A DNA stretch of 64,000 bases, taken from positions 2,056 to 66,055 of the forward strand of contig JAHEYB010000009.1 in NCBI GenBank assembly GCA_023251805.1, read 5' to 3'. A program made the position numbers and the translations under genes. The stretch is from Bacteroidota bacterium. Its GTDB lineage: Bacteria; Bacteroidota; Bacteroidia; 2-12-FULL-35-15. Of this stretch, positions 1 through 9,600 are shown piece after piece; the first letter of the stretch is position 1; each line of letters begins with the position of its first letter. The notes beneath the pieces were generated by a model. The model was not told the DNA's origin. It searched no databases and saw only the letters and a program-made list of their open reading frames with translations.

Positions 1-1
1 C

Positions 2-1192
2 GATTTGGTAGTAAATTCATTAACAGGAAATATTGCAAGCAGTGATTTTGAATTGAAAGGATTCTTTAGAAATGTCGTTGGTTTTGTTTTGAAAGAAAAT
101 CAGCCTGTCACGATTGATGCAACGCTAAATTCTAAAAATATTAACTTAAATGAGCTATTATCGAACAAAGAAGAAACAAGAAGTGGAGCAAAGTATAAGC
201 TGAAATTTTCGGACTTGCTGGACGTTAATTTGAATAGTGAAATTGAGCACCTGGTTTTCAGAAAATTTGATGCAACTAATATTCATGGAATCATAAAAGT
301 GAAAGACAAAAAAATGGTAGTTGACCCAATTGTCTTATCAACTATGAGTGGAAATATTACTACCAGTGGATTAATAGATGGAACGGATAGCACTAAGTTG
401 TTGATTACATGTTTTTCGGATGTCAGTAAAATTAACATCACAAAAATGTTTGAAGAATTTGAAAATTTTGGACAAACAGCTGTCACCGACAAAAACTTAA
501 AAGGTGTTGCCACAGCTAAAATTCAATTTGCATCTATGTTGAGTCCCGATTTGCAAATGGATTTGGATAAATTGTATGCAGGAGTTGAAATGACGATTGA
601 GAATGGAGAAATGAACAATGTGGAAGCGATGAAAAGTTTGTCTCGTTTTATTGAATTAAAAGATTTGGAGAATGTACGCTTCTCCACATTAAAAAATCAA
701 ATTGAAATAAAAAATCAAGTGATTACGATTCCGAAAATGGAAGTAAAATCAAATGCAATCAATATTACAGCATCGGGCACACATACATTTAAAAATGAAA
801 TTAATTATAGAGTAAAATTGTCTTTAAATGAATTGTTGTCTAAGAAGGCGAAGAGTGCTAAAAAAGAAAATGATGAATTTGGAGAAGTAGCAGATGATGG
901 TTTAGGAAGAACAAATATCTTTTTATTGATGACCGGTACCATCGATAATCCAACAATAAAGTACGATTCAAAAAGCGCGATAAAAAATGTGCAGCAGGAT
1001 TTGAAAGTAGAAAAACAGACTTTAAAAACGATTTTAAAAGAAGAATTTGGTTTGTTTAAAAAAGATACAAGTCTAAAGAGTAAAACTCCCAACGAAGACA
1101 CAAAATTCATAATAAAATGGGAGGAAGCGAACAAACCTGATGAGAAAAAAGAGCTTAAGAAGCCTAAAAAACCTGAAGAAGAAGATTTCTAG
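2..1192 (+). CDS. AsmA-family protein, C-terminal portion (5' end outside window)
   Basis: The frame is open to the window edge, so the listed TTG start at 5 is a truncation artefact. The C-terminal region ('ITASGTHTFKNEINYRVKL', 'LLMTGTIDNPTIKYD') resembles AsmA-like C-terminal domains and is followed by a Lys/Glu-rich tail. Family call is from recall, not searched. Confidence 0.5.
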   Translation, partial: DLVVNSLTGNIASSDFELKGFFRNVVGFVLKENQPVTIDATLNSKNINLNELLSNKEETRSGAKYKLKFSDLLDVNLNSEIEHLVFRKFDATNIHGIIKVKDKKMVVDPIVLSTMSGNITTSGLIDGTDSTKLLITCFSDVSKINITKMFEEFENFGQTAVTDKNLKGVATAKIQFASMLSPDLQMDLDKLYAGVEMTIENGEMNNVEAMKSLSRFIELKDLENVRFSTLKNQIEIKNQVITIPKMEVKSNAINITASGTHTFKNEINYRVKLSLNELLSKKAKSAKKENDEFGEVADDGLGRTNIFLLMTGTIDNPTIKYDSKSAIKNVQQDLKVEKQTLKTILKEEFGLFKKDTSLKSKTPNEDTKFIIKWEEANKPDEKKELKKPKKPEEEDF

Positions 1193-1230
1193 GGTTCCTT
1201 CCACATCGTTCAGAATCACAATTAGAATGT

Positions 1231-1256
1231 GTCCCCCTTCGAAGGGGGTAGGGGGA
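1231..1256. repeat. GC-rich hairpin repeat, copy 1 (GTCCCCCTTCGAAGGGGGTAGGGGGA)
   Basis: Perfect 16-bp palindrome CCCCCTTCGAAGGGGG followed by TAGGGGGA. The same motif recurs at 4006 and 57540, degenerate at 3913, and as a half copy at 60821. It lies 39 bp after the AsmA-like stop codon. Confidence 0.8.
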
Positions 1257-1354
1257 TGGGCAAATCCCAATTTGAGAACCATTTCATATTCAGTTATCAT
1301 ATTCATTGTTTTAAGCTAAAAAACCTTATTTTCGTACCTCTAAATAAGGATTAC

Positions 1355-2857
1355 GTGAGTATTTATTCTAAAAAACAACAATGGAAATTGTGGCTGTTTG
1401 TAACGGCCATTGTTATTATTGTGATTTCACTTTGGTATACCAACACTTTGGTAAACAAAATAGCGCAGGAAGAACGGGTAAAGGTAAAACTATGGGCAGA
1501 TGCAATAAAAAAGAAAGCCGATTTAGTAAAATATACCAACGAGCTTTTTAATAAAATTAAAATTGATGAACGTAAGAAAGTGGAATTGTGGGCTGAAGCA
1601 ACGCGACAACTTTCTCAAGATTTAAGTGATTATGGCTTTGTTTTAAAAGTAGTTTCCGATAACACCACCGTGCCTGTTATTTTAACCGATGATCATGGTA
1701 CCGTAATTACTTCCAGAAATTTGGATCCGGCCAAAGAAAATGATAAAACGTATTTAAAGTTGCAAATGCAAGCAATGCGTGCTAAGCAGGAGCCGATAGA
1801 AATTGCCATTTACAAAGGGCAAAAAAACTATTTATACTTTCAGGATTCTAAGTTGTTTTCAGAATTAAAAAATAATTTGGATGATTTAATTAAATCTTTT
1901 ATTTCTGAAGTAGCTGTAAACTCTGCATCAGTGCCGGTGATTTATACCGATTCTACAAAACTAAATGTGCTTGCTTCGGGCAATGTTGATTCAATAAAAA
2001 TAAAAGATGTTTCCTATTTACAACAAACATTGTCGCTGATGTCTTCCCAAAACCAACCGATTGAAGTTGAAATAGGTAATGGCAATAGGAGTTATATTTT
2101 TTATCAGGAATCGAAATTGCTCACTCAATTAAAATATTATCCTTATGTGATGTTCACCATAATTGGGTTGTTCTTATTGGTTGCTTATTTATTGTTTAGT
2201 ACAGCTAGAAGAGTAGAGCAAAATCAAGTTTGGGTGGGAATGGCAAAAGAAACGGCACATCAATTAGGAACACCTTTGTCCTCACTCATTGCCTGGTTGG
2301 AATATTTACGCTCAAAAGGGTTGGATCCGGAAACAGCTGCTGAAATAGAGAAGGATGTAAAACGATTGGAAACAATCACCGAGCGTTTTTCCAAAATTGG
2401 TTCTGTTCCAAAATTGGATTCAGTGGATTTGGTTCAAGTGTTGGATGTTGCGGTGAACTATATGAAACTAAGAACATCAAAAAATGTGGTATTTTCTATT
2501 GAGACAAACAATCAAAAAGAGGTGTTTGCCGCCTTGAATATTCCTTTGTTTGAATGGGTAATTGAAAATTTGATTCGTAATGCAGTGGATGCAATGGATG
2601 GAAGTGGTTCTATTGTTATTTCTCTTTCTGACCAAACACAATTCGTATATATTGACATAGCAGATACAGGAAAAGGGATTTCTAAATCAAAATACAAAAC
2701 AGTATTTGAGCCCGGATATACTACCAAGCAAAGAGGTTGGGGTTTAGGTTTATCACTTACAAAACGGATTATTGAAAATTACCATTCCGGAAAAATATTT
2801 GTAAAAAATTCTGAAATAGATAAAGGCACAACTTTTAGAATTGTGCTTAATAAATAA
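1355..2857 (+). CDS. Sensor histidine kinase (membrane-bound, orphan)
   Basis: Two hydrophobic segments (WKLWLFVTAIVIIVISLWY; YVMFTIIGLFLLVAYLLF) flank a roughly 270-aa loop. H-box 'ETAHQLGTPLSSL' and ATPase boxes 'ENLIRNAVDA', 'DTGKGI', 'GWGLGL' are present. The ORF-track start at 1229 reads through the GC-rich repeat, so GTG at 1355 is preferred. No response regulator is adjacent. Confidence 0.8.
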   Translation: MSIYSKKQQWKLWLFVTAIVIIVISLWYTNTLVNKIAQEERVKVKLWADAIKKKADLVKYTNELFNKIKIDERKKVELWAEATRQLSQDLSDYGFVLKVVSDNTTVPVILTDDHGTVITSRNLDPAKENDKTYLKLQMQAMRAKQEPIEIAIYKGQKNYLYFQDSKLFSELKNNLDDLIKSFISEVAVNSASVPVIYTDSTKLNVLASGNVDSIKIKDVSYLQQTLSLMSSQNQPIEVEIGNGNRSYIFYQESKLLTQLKYYPYVMFTIIGLFLLVAYLLFSTARRVEQNQVWVGMAKETAHQLGTPLSSLIAWLEYLRSKGLDPETAAEIEKDVKRLETITERFSKIGSVPKLDSVDLVQVLDVAVNYMKLRTSKNVVFSIETNNQKEVFAALNIPLFEWVIENLIRNAVDAMDGSGSIVISLSDQTQFVYIDIADTGKGISKSKYKTVFEPGYTTKQRGWGLGLSLTKRIIENYHSGKIFVKNSEIDKGTTFRIVLNK

Positions 2858-4038
2858 TGGCAGGCATTTACATTCATATCCCTTTTTGCAAACAAGCTTG
2901 TCACTATTGCGATTTTCACTTTTCTACTTCTCTTCAAAATAAAGAAGCTTTTTTAACAGCTCTGCACAAAGAAATTTCGCTTCAAAAAAACTATTTGAAG
3001 GGCAAAATAATTTCCACAGTTTATTTCGGAGGCGGAACTCCATCTTTGCTTTCTAAAAAAGAATTGCTTGAAATTTTTGATTCACTAAACACCAGTTTTC
3101 AGATTAGTGAAGATGCAGAAATTACATTGGAAGCCAATCCGGACGATTTAATAGAAGAAAAAGTAAAAGACTTAAAAGGCACACCAATTAATAGGTTGAG
3201 CATTGGAATTCAAAGTTTTTATGACGAAGATTTAACCTTGATGAATCGTGCTCACACTTCCGAGGAAAGTATTAAAGCAGTAAAATTGGCGCAAGAAAAT
3301 GGATTTGAAAATATTACCATTGATTTAATTTATGGTATTCCAACGCTTACTAATCACCGATGGAGAAATAATTTGCAAATAGCTTTTGCTTTAAATGTAA
3401 AACATATTTCGGCTTATTGCTTAACGGTTGAACCCAAAACGGCTTTAGCACATCAAATAAAAGTAGGAGAAGTAAAAAATGTAGAGGAACAACATTGTTC
3501 TGAGCAATTTGAAATAATGTTAGAGGCAATGCATCAGAATGATTTTATGCAATATGAAATATCAAATTTTTGCAAAGACGGAGCATTTTCCAAACACAAT
3601 AGTAACTATTGGCTAAAAGAAAACTATTTGGGATTAGGGCCTTCGGCACATTCATTTAATGGTGAAAGTCGGCAATGGAACGTTTCCAATAATGGCTTGT
3701 ATATTCAATCTTTGGAAAAGGAAGAATTAAACTTTGAAAAAGAAATTTTATCTGAAGCGCAAAGGTATAATGAATATGTTTTAACTTCCCTCAGAACCAT
3801 TTGGGGCGTAGACTTGAATTGTATTCGTCAAAATTTTGGGGAAGTGTATGTGAATTATTTTTTGAAAGAAATTGATTTGTATATTAGCACATCCGATGTT
3901 CTAATAGAGCAATCCCCTTCTCCTTTGGAGAGGGATGGGGTGAGGTATTATTTAACAGATAAAGGAAAATTAATTGCTGATAAAATTGCAAGCGATCTTT
4001 TTTTTGTCCCCCTTTGGAGGGGGCAGGGGGAGGACTAA
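2857..4038 (+). CDS. hemW: Radical SAM heme chaperone HemW (coproporphyrinogen III oxidase-like)
   Basis: N-terminal 'IYIHIPFCKQACHYCDF' CxxxCxxC radical-SAM motif, 'GGGTPS', and HemN-like C-terminal domain. The ATG overlaps the kinase stop codon (TAATG). The last ~45 codons run through two GC-rich repeat copies. Confidence 0.9.
   Translation: MAGIYIHIPFCKQACHYCDFHFSTSLQNKEAFLTALHKEISLQKNYLKGKIISTVYFGGGTPSLLSKKELLEIFDSLNTSFQISEDAEITLEANPDDLIEEKVKDLKGTPINRLSIGIQSFYDEDLTLMNRAHTSEESIKAVKLAQENGFENITIDLIYGIPTLTNHRWRNNLQIAFALNVKHISAYCLTVEPKTALAHQIKVGEVKNVEEQHCSEQFEIMLEAMHQNDFMQYEISNFCKDGAFSKHNSNYWLKENYLGLGPSAHSFNGESRQWNVSNNGLYIQSLEKEELNFEKEILSEAQRYNEYVLTSLRTIWGVDLNCIRQNFGEVYVNYFLKEIDLYISTSDVLIEQSPSPLERDGVRYYLTDKGKLIADKIASDLFFVPLWRGQGED
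3913..3945. repeat. GC-rich hairpin repeat, degenerate copy inside the hemW coding region
   Basis: TCCCCTTCTCCTTTGGAGAGGGATGGGGTGAGG is translated in frame as 'SPSPLERDGVR'. It has the same architecture as the 1231, 4006 and 57540 elements. Confidence 0.65.
4006..4033. repeat. GC-rich hairpin repeat, copy forming the hemW 3' end
   Basis: GTCCCCCTTTGGAGGGGGCAGGGGGAGG is translated as 'VPLWRGQGE' immediately before the hemW stop codon (4036-4038). Confidence 0.8.
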
Positions 4039-4049
4039 AACGAATTAAC

Positions 4050-4808
4050 ATGATTTCGAAAATTACACACAAAGGAAAATCTTACAACGTTGATTTAGAT
4101 AAACCAATTGACATTTCTATTCCTCTTAGAACAGGAAAAGAAAACGTAAATGCATGGTATTCTAATCCTATGACCATTGAGCCTGTTCGTATGGGTGATT
4201 GGGTAGGCGATGTGAAACAAGGTGGGTCTGTAAATTTTAGAAATATTATGTTTAATCCTCACGGAAATGGGACACATACGGAGTGTGTTGGACATATTAG
4301 TAAAGAAGATTATACAATCAACCAAACATTAAAAAAATTCTTTTTTATTGCAGAAGTAATTACAATTTTGCCCGATGAATTAGAAAATGGAGATAAAGTA
4401 ATTACAAAAAAACACATACAAAATTGTTTAGGAGAAAAACGTCCTGGAGCAATTGTGATTCGTACATTGGACAATCACATTTCTAAAATGAACAAACAAT
4501 ATTCAACTACCAATCCACCTTATTTGTTAGAAGATGCAGCCAAGTATATTGATGAATTAGGAATTGATCATTTGATGATTGATTTGCCATCGGTAGATAA
4601 GGAAGTGGATGATGGAAAATTATTGGCGCATCATGCATTTTGGCAATACCCTCATAATACTCAACTGCAACGCACGATTACGGAAATGATTTATGTTCCA
4701 AATACTGTTTATGACGGAACATATTTATTAAACATACAAATTGCGAGTTTTGAAAATGATGCATCGCCTAGCAAGCCTTTGTTGTTTCAATTGAATGCTG
4801 CCTTATAA
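4050..4808 (+). CDS. Cyclase-family protein (kynurenine formamidase-like fold)
   Basis: 'NPHGNGTHTECVGH' matches the HxGTHxD/H-type motif of the putative cyclase family. ATG at 4050 (MISKITHKG) is preferred over 4014, which lies inside the repeat. Confidence 0.6.
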   Translation: MISKITHKGKSYNVDLDKPIDISIPLRTGKENVNAWYSNPMTIEPVRMGDWVGDVKQGGSVNFRNIMFNPHGNGTHTECVGHISKEDYTINQTLKKFFFIAEVITILPDELENGDKVITKKHIQNCLGEKRPGAIVIRTLDNHISKMNKQYSTTNPPYLLEDAAKYIDELGIDHLMIDLPSVDKEVDDGKLLAHHAFWQYPHNTQLQRTITEMIYVPNTVYDGTYLLNIQIASFENDASPSKPLLFQLNAAL

Positions 4809-4812
4809 AATT

Positions 4813-4863
4813 CTTCGACTACACCAGATGACATTTGAGTTGTCACACTGAGCGTAGTCGAAG
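4813..4863. terminator. Hairpin formed by two inverted copies of the 'TTCGACTAC..TGACA' repeat, between convergent genes
   Basis: CTTCGACTACACCAGATGACA (4813-4833) and TGTCACACTGAGCGTAGTCGAAG (4841-4863) are imperfect reverse complements. The hairpin sits between the cyclase stop (4808) and the stop of the minus-strand gene (4896). There is no clear U-tract. Confidence 0.5.
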
Positions 4864-4895
4864 TGTCATTTAAACTAAACAGTCTTTATTTTTTT

Positions 4896-6347
4896 TTACA
4901 TCGCAAATGTTACTCCAACTGTGAAAGGATATACTTGTGGTCCTTTGTCTTTTTTGAACAAGCGATTTAATCCGTAGCTTGCAAATATGGTAACATCATT
5001 GAATCCAACTCTTGCTACAGCGCTATATTTGAAAGGTTCCAAATTAAAATCATCGTGTTGTTTGATTTTATAATGTTTGTCGTTCGCATCATATTTTTGT
5101 TTAGTAGTAGCGCCTATTCTGTATGCAAGGTCTACTCCAACCCCAATGTGTAAATTTTTATTTGGATTTTTGCTGGTGTTGAATTCTAACATCAATGGAA
5201 CTTTTAAATAAGCAACATTTAATTTATTTTTTTTGTAATCGATAGTAGAGTCAGTGGAAGCAGATAGGTAAGTAGTGTCTCCGTTTAAAGTGACGTTATT
5301 TTGAAAAGCATAACTATTAAAATCAAATCCAAAACCTGTAACAAGATTCATATAGTTTTTTGCGATGTGAAAATCTTTTTCGCAAAGATTTAATCCAAAC
5401 TGAATTGATTTTGCATAGTCTAATTCAAGGAAACTTGCACTTGCAGGCAGGTTAATGTTGTTTTTGTAATCCAACATGCCGTTTACTCCAAACTCCATTC
5501 CATTCCAGTGTTTGAATTTTTCGTTGTAGTTGCTGGTAGAATCTTTTTTAGACATTTTACTATTGTCATGGTCATCATCATCGTCACCGATAATCATATA
5601 GTTTTTCCCACCCAATTTAATTTTGGTAGTATCACTTGCTGTTTCGTCTCCGGTTCCGCTTTTACTTTCACGAACAGACCCTGCTCCTGTAATATTAACA
5701 TTGCGGTCGGTCGGATTTCCTTTGTAAATAATGGAACCTGCTCCCGAAACATCTGCATCTATACTTTGAATGGCATTTACTTTTGCATCACCAGCGCCTG
5801 AAACTTTTGCTTTAATTTTTGTTGCTTCTAAATTAGAAGCTTTTAAATCGCCCGCTCCTGAAATAGTTGCGTCCAACAATTGAGTAGTACCTTTTAAGGT
5901 AACATCACCTGCACCGCTGATATCTGTTTTTATTTCTGTTGCTTTAACGTCTAAATGAATATCACCAGCACCATTTGTAATGATATTTAATTTGTCGCAA
6001 GTCAGTTGATTTTCACTTTTTACATCAGATGCTCCAGAGATATCAATACTCGAAAGCGCTTTTGCAGAAATCATAATTTTAATATCATCCCCATTTTTGA
6101 TGTTGCCTTCGGTATAGATAACTAAAATACCTTCTTTTACTTCCGTTTTAATTTGAGCTTGTGAGCTTTCCGGAGCGTCTACTTTTATAGAGTTGACATC
6201 GCTTTGTGTAAGAGAGATGTTAAATGCATCCCCTGCTTTAATTCCTGTAAAGTCACCAACTGTTCTTGTTTGCTGAGCTGTTGCAGTTGAAATGGATAAG
6301 CTTGTTACAAGTGCTAATCCAAGAATTTTTGTTTTTATAGTGTTCAT
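4896..6347 (-). CDS. Secreted protein with N-terminal GIN/DUF2807-type beta-helix repeats fused to a C-terminal outer-membrane beta-barrel domain
   Basis: Signal peptide 'MNTIKTKILGLALVTSLSISTATAQ' from ATG at 6347. Repeated 'ISGAGD / VSGAGD / ITGAGS' units, then a poly-Asp linker 'IIGDDDDDHD', then ~230 aa of alternating beta-strand-like sequence ending 'PFTVGVTFAM'. The upstream 44 codons of the ORF-track call look non-coding. Confidence 0.6.
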   Translation of the reverse strand: MNTIKTKILGLALVTSLSISTATAQQTRTVGDFTGIKAGDAFNISLTQSDVNSIKVDAPESSQAQIKTEVKEGILVIYTEGNIKNGDDIKIMISAKALSSIDISGASDVKSENQLTCDKLNIITNGAGDIHLDVKATEIKTDISGAGDVTLKGTTQLLDATISGAGDLKASNLEATKIKAKVSGAGDAKVNAIQSIDADVSGAGSIIYKGNPTDRNVNITGAGSVRESKSGTGDETASDTTKIKLGGKNYMIIGDDDDDHDNSKMSKKDSTSNYNEKFKHWNGMEFGVNGMLDYKNNINLPASASFLELDYAKSIQFGLNLCEKDFHIAKNYMNLVTGFGFDFNSYAFQNNVTLNGDTTYLSASTDSTIDYKKNKLNVAYLKVPLMLEFNTSKNPNKNLHIGVGVDLAYRIGATTKQKYDANDKHYKIKQHDDFNLEPFKYSAVARVGFNDVTIFASYGLNRLFKKDKGPQVYPFTVGVTFAM

Positions 6348-6637
6348 GTGTATTAAGTTTTCGTTGTTTTTTGAATGTGACGATTGGTTTGTTTTAAAAG
6401 TTACAGCGCTATGTATTTTTAAAATGTTAATTGATTTAGGAGTAGGACGACCACCTTCGTAAAAAGTTACAAAATCCAATTATTTATTTTACCGCTTTAT
6501 ACCAACTATTCACCTCTTCCAAGCAACTAATTGCTATTTTTCTGCATCTTTTGATTATTAACAGAAGCTTGTGTATAATAGTTAGGTACTATTTTTATAA
6601 TTCAAGTATTTGTAGCATATTTGTAAGGAAATCGCTT

Positions 6638-9600
6638 ATGAAGAATTTTAAAAGAAATATACTCCTCTCTTTCGTTTTAGTAATTGTTGCCTCAGCCTCA
6701 GCTACCAATTTATATTGGGTAGGTGGTACAGGTGATTGGAACGATATTAAACATTGGTCGCTTACCACTGGAGGTGCTCATGGAAATGTGATTCCTACCT
6801 CTTCTGATGATGTTTTTTTTGATCAAAATTCTTTTACTGCCGATAAACAAACTGTAAAACTTGTAACAAATTCTGTCTGTCATAATATTGATTGGAACGG
6901 GATTGACGATAAGGCTATTTTTTCTGCTGGGAAGGAAAGGATTTTGATTGTTTATGGTTCTTTTAAATTATCTCCTCTTTTATTTAATGGATTTTTAGGA
7001 AAAACAATTTTTGGTTCCTCATCTCTTAATAATTCAATTGCAACAGCTGGCAAGATGATAATTGGAAATTGGGAGTTTAATGGCTCGGGTTCTTGGGTGC
7101 TTATTGATGATATTAGCACTGAACGACCCGTATCAATCGCACTCACAAAGGGGTCTTTATTTACAAATGGAAAAACAGTATATTGTGGATCGTTCATTGG
7201 AAATTCTTCACAACAAAGGCTTTTAGATCTTTCCTCATCCGAAATTTTTATTAAGGATAAATGGGATTTTAGCTCGCCTTCCCAGCTAACATTTGAAACC
7301 GGGACATCCCGAATAATTTTTGAAGATTCTCTTAATGATAATAAATTTAGAAGTGGCGGACTCGTCTATAATTCTGTTTCAGCTATGGCTGCAGCTTGTA
7401 GTCCATCTGGAACTCCTTGTGCAACTTTTACCATTTCCATTACTGCTACAAACGTAACTTGTAATGGATTGTGTAATGGAACTGCTTCAGCAACAGTAGT
7501 TCCGGCAGCTGGTCCTTATACTTATGATTGGAGCCCTGGAACACCCACGGGAGACTTTACACCCAATATTACTGCATTGTGCACAGGAACATATACTGTT
7601 AGGGTAACAAATACATCCACAGGAGCTTTTTGTTTCTGTTCAATAGCAATTACCGAACCTGGAGTGTTATTCGATTTTGAATTAGTGACAACTCCTCCTA
7701 CTTGTAATGGTTTGTGTGATGGAAGTTCTACAATTGCGGCTTCGGGTGGTACGGGAGCTTATTCTTATGCCTGGACAATTGGAGGATTGCCTCCGGGGCC
7801 TCCTTTTTCAGGAAATGGAAATGACACCGTTACGGGCGTTTGTGCAGGAAGCTATGATGTTACAGTGTCAGATGCGAACGGTTGTACAGGAAGTACAACA
7901 ATAATTGTTACAGAACCGGCAGTTCTTGTGGCGCCTGGTTCTTCTACAAATGTAACTTGTTTTGGGTTTTGTGATGGTACAGCTACAGTTGTTGCAGCAG
8001 GCGGTTCTCCTCCTTATACATATGATTGGACCCCGGGAAGTCCTATTGGAGATGGAACTGCTAGCATAACCAATCTTTGTCCCGGTTCTTATACTTGTAC
8101 GGTTACAGATACCAATGCATGCAGTGCAACTTTTATTGCTACAATAACACAGCCACCGATTTTAACGCTTACGATGTCGCAAACCAATGCGAGTTGTGGC
8201 GGAGTATGTGATGGAACAGCAACAGCAACAATCACAGGTGGAACTTCTCCCTATACTTATGTTTGGTCGAATGGTTCAACTACCACTACCGCGTCATTAT
8301 CCAACACCATTTCCGGATTATGTGCAGGCGGTTACACTGTTACAATAACCGATTTTAATGGTTGTGTAATTACGAATAATGTTACCATTACCGAACCACT
8401 TGTTTTAGTGGCAACTGCAACAGGCACAGATGTTAACTGCTTTGGTGCATGCGATGGAACGGCAACTGTTGTGGTTGTTGGCGGCACCGCTGGATATACA
8501 TATGATTGGACACCCGGAGCACCAATTGGTGATGGTACAGCAACAATCACGAGCCTTTGTCCTGGATCCTACACCGTTACTGTTACTGATATTAATGGTT
8601 GCAATGATACAGGTGCGGTGACAATTAACCAACCGGCTTTATTGATTCCAAATCCAACAAGTACAAATGTTTTATGTAATGGAGCATGTAATGGAACTGC
8701 CACTGCTGCGCCAACAGGTGGAACATTTCCATATATTTATGACTGGACTCCCGGAGCACCCGTAGGTGATGGTACTGCAACCATCACAAATTTATGTCCT
8801 GGGACATATAGCGTTTTAGTAACCGATGCAAATGGTTGTGATACTTTAGAAAGTGTGACAATAACAGAGCCTCCAATATTGGATGCCGGTGAATCATTTA
8901 CAAATGTGACATGTAATGGCGCATGTGATGGAACTGCAACCTCAACTCCAACAGGTGGCACTCCGGGATATACATATTTATGGAGTACGGGTGCTGTAAC
9001 TCCTGGAATTTCCGGGCTGTGTCCAGGTTCATATACAGTTACTGTAACCGATGCAAATGGTTGTACTAATTCCGCAACCGTTGTAATTACTCAGCCCAAT
9101 GTATTAAGCGTAAGTATAGCTACCACAGCATTACTATGTAATGGCGATTGCAATGCTATTGCAACGGCCACTATTACCGGTGGAACAGCTTTATATACTA
9201 TCGACTGGACGCCTGGTGCGCCAATTGGTGATGGAACAACAATAATTAGTTCTCTTTGCGCTGGAACTTATACCATAGATGTAATTGATGCAAATGGTTG
9301 TCCGGCTACTGCCAGTGCAACAATTTTTCAGCCTACTGCACTTGTTTTAGTTACTTCAACTACAGATGTTACATGTTTCGGTGCATGTAATGGAACAGCC
9401 TCAGCTGTTGCTGGAGGAGGAACCCCAGGATATTCTTATTCTTGGATGCCAGGTGGTTTAACTACTTCCTCTATTAGCGGTTTATGTCCAGGAAGTTATA
9501 CCTTAACAGTGACGGATTTAAATGGTTGCACAATTTTAGATACTGTTACTATTACTGAGCCTACTCAAGTTTTTGCAAACCCTTCGGTTCTTACAAATAT

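Noticed and set aside
1229-1354. Upstream extensions of several ORF-track calls. These are 1229 for the kinase, 4014 for the cyclase, 6551 for the adhesin, 6479 for the GIN-barrel gene, 36307 for gdh, 40748 for birA, 42928 for pyrE and 60890 for pdhB.
   Set aside because: The extensions run through repeat elements or neighbouring genes on the other strand, and they lack signal-peptide logic. Internal ATG or GTG codons give canonical N-termini, so I moved the starts.
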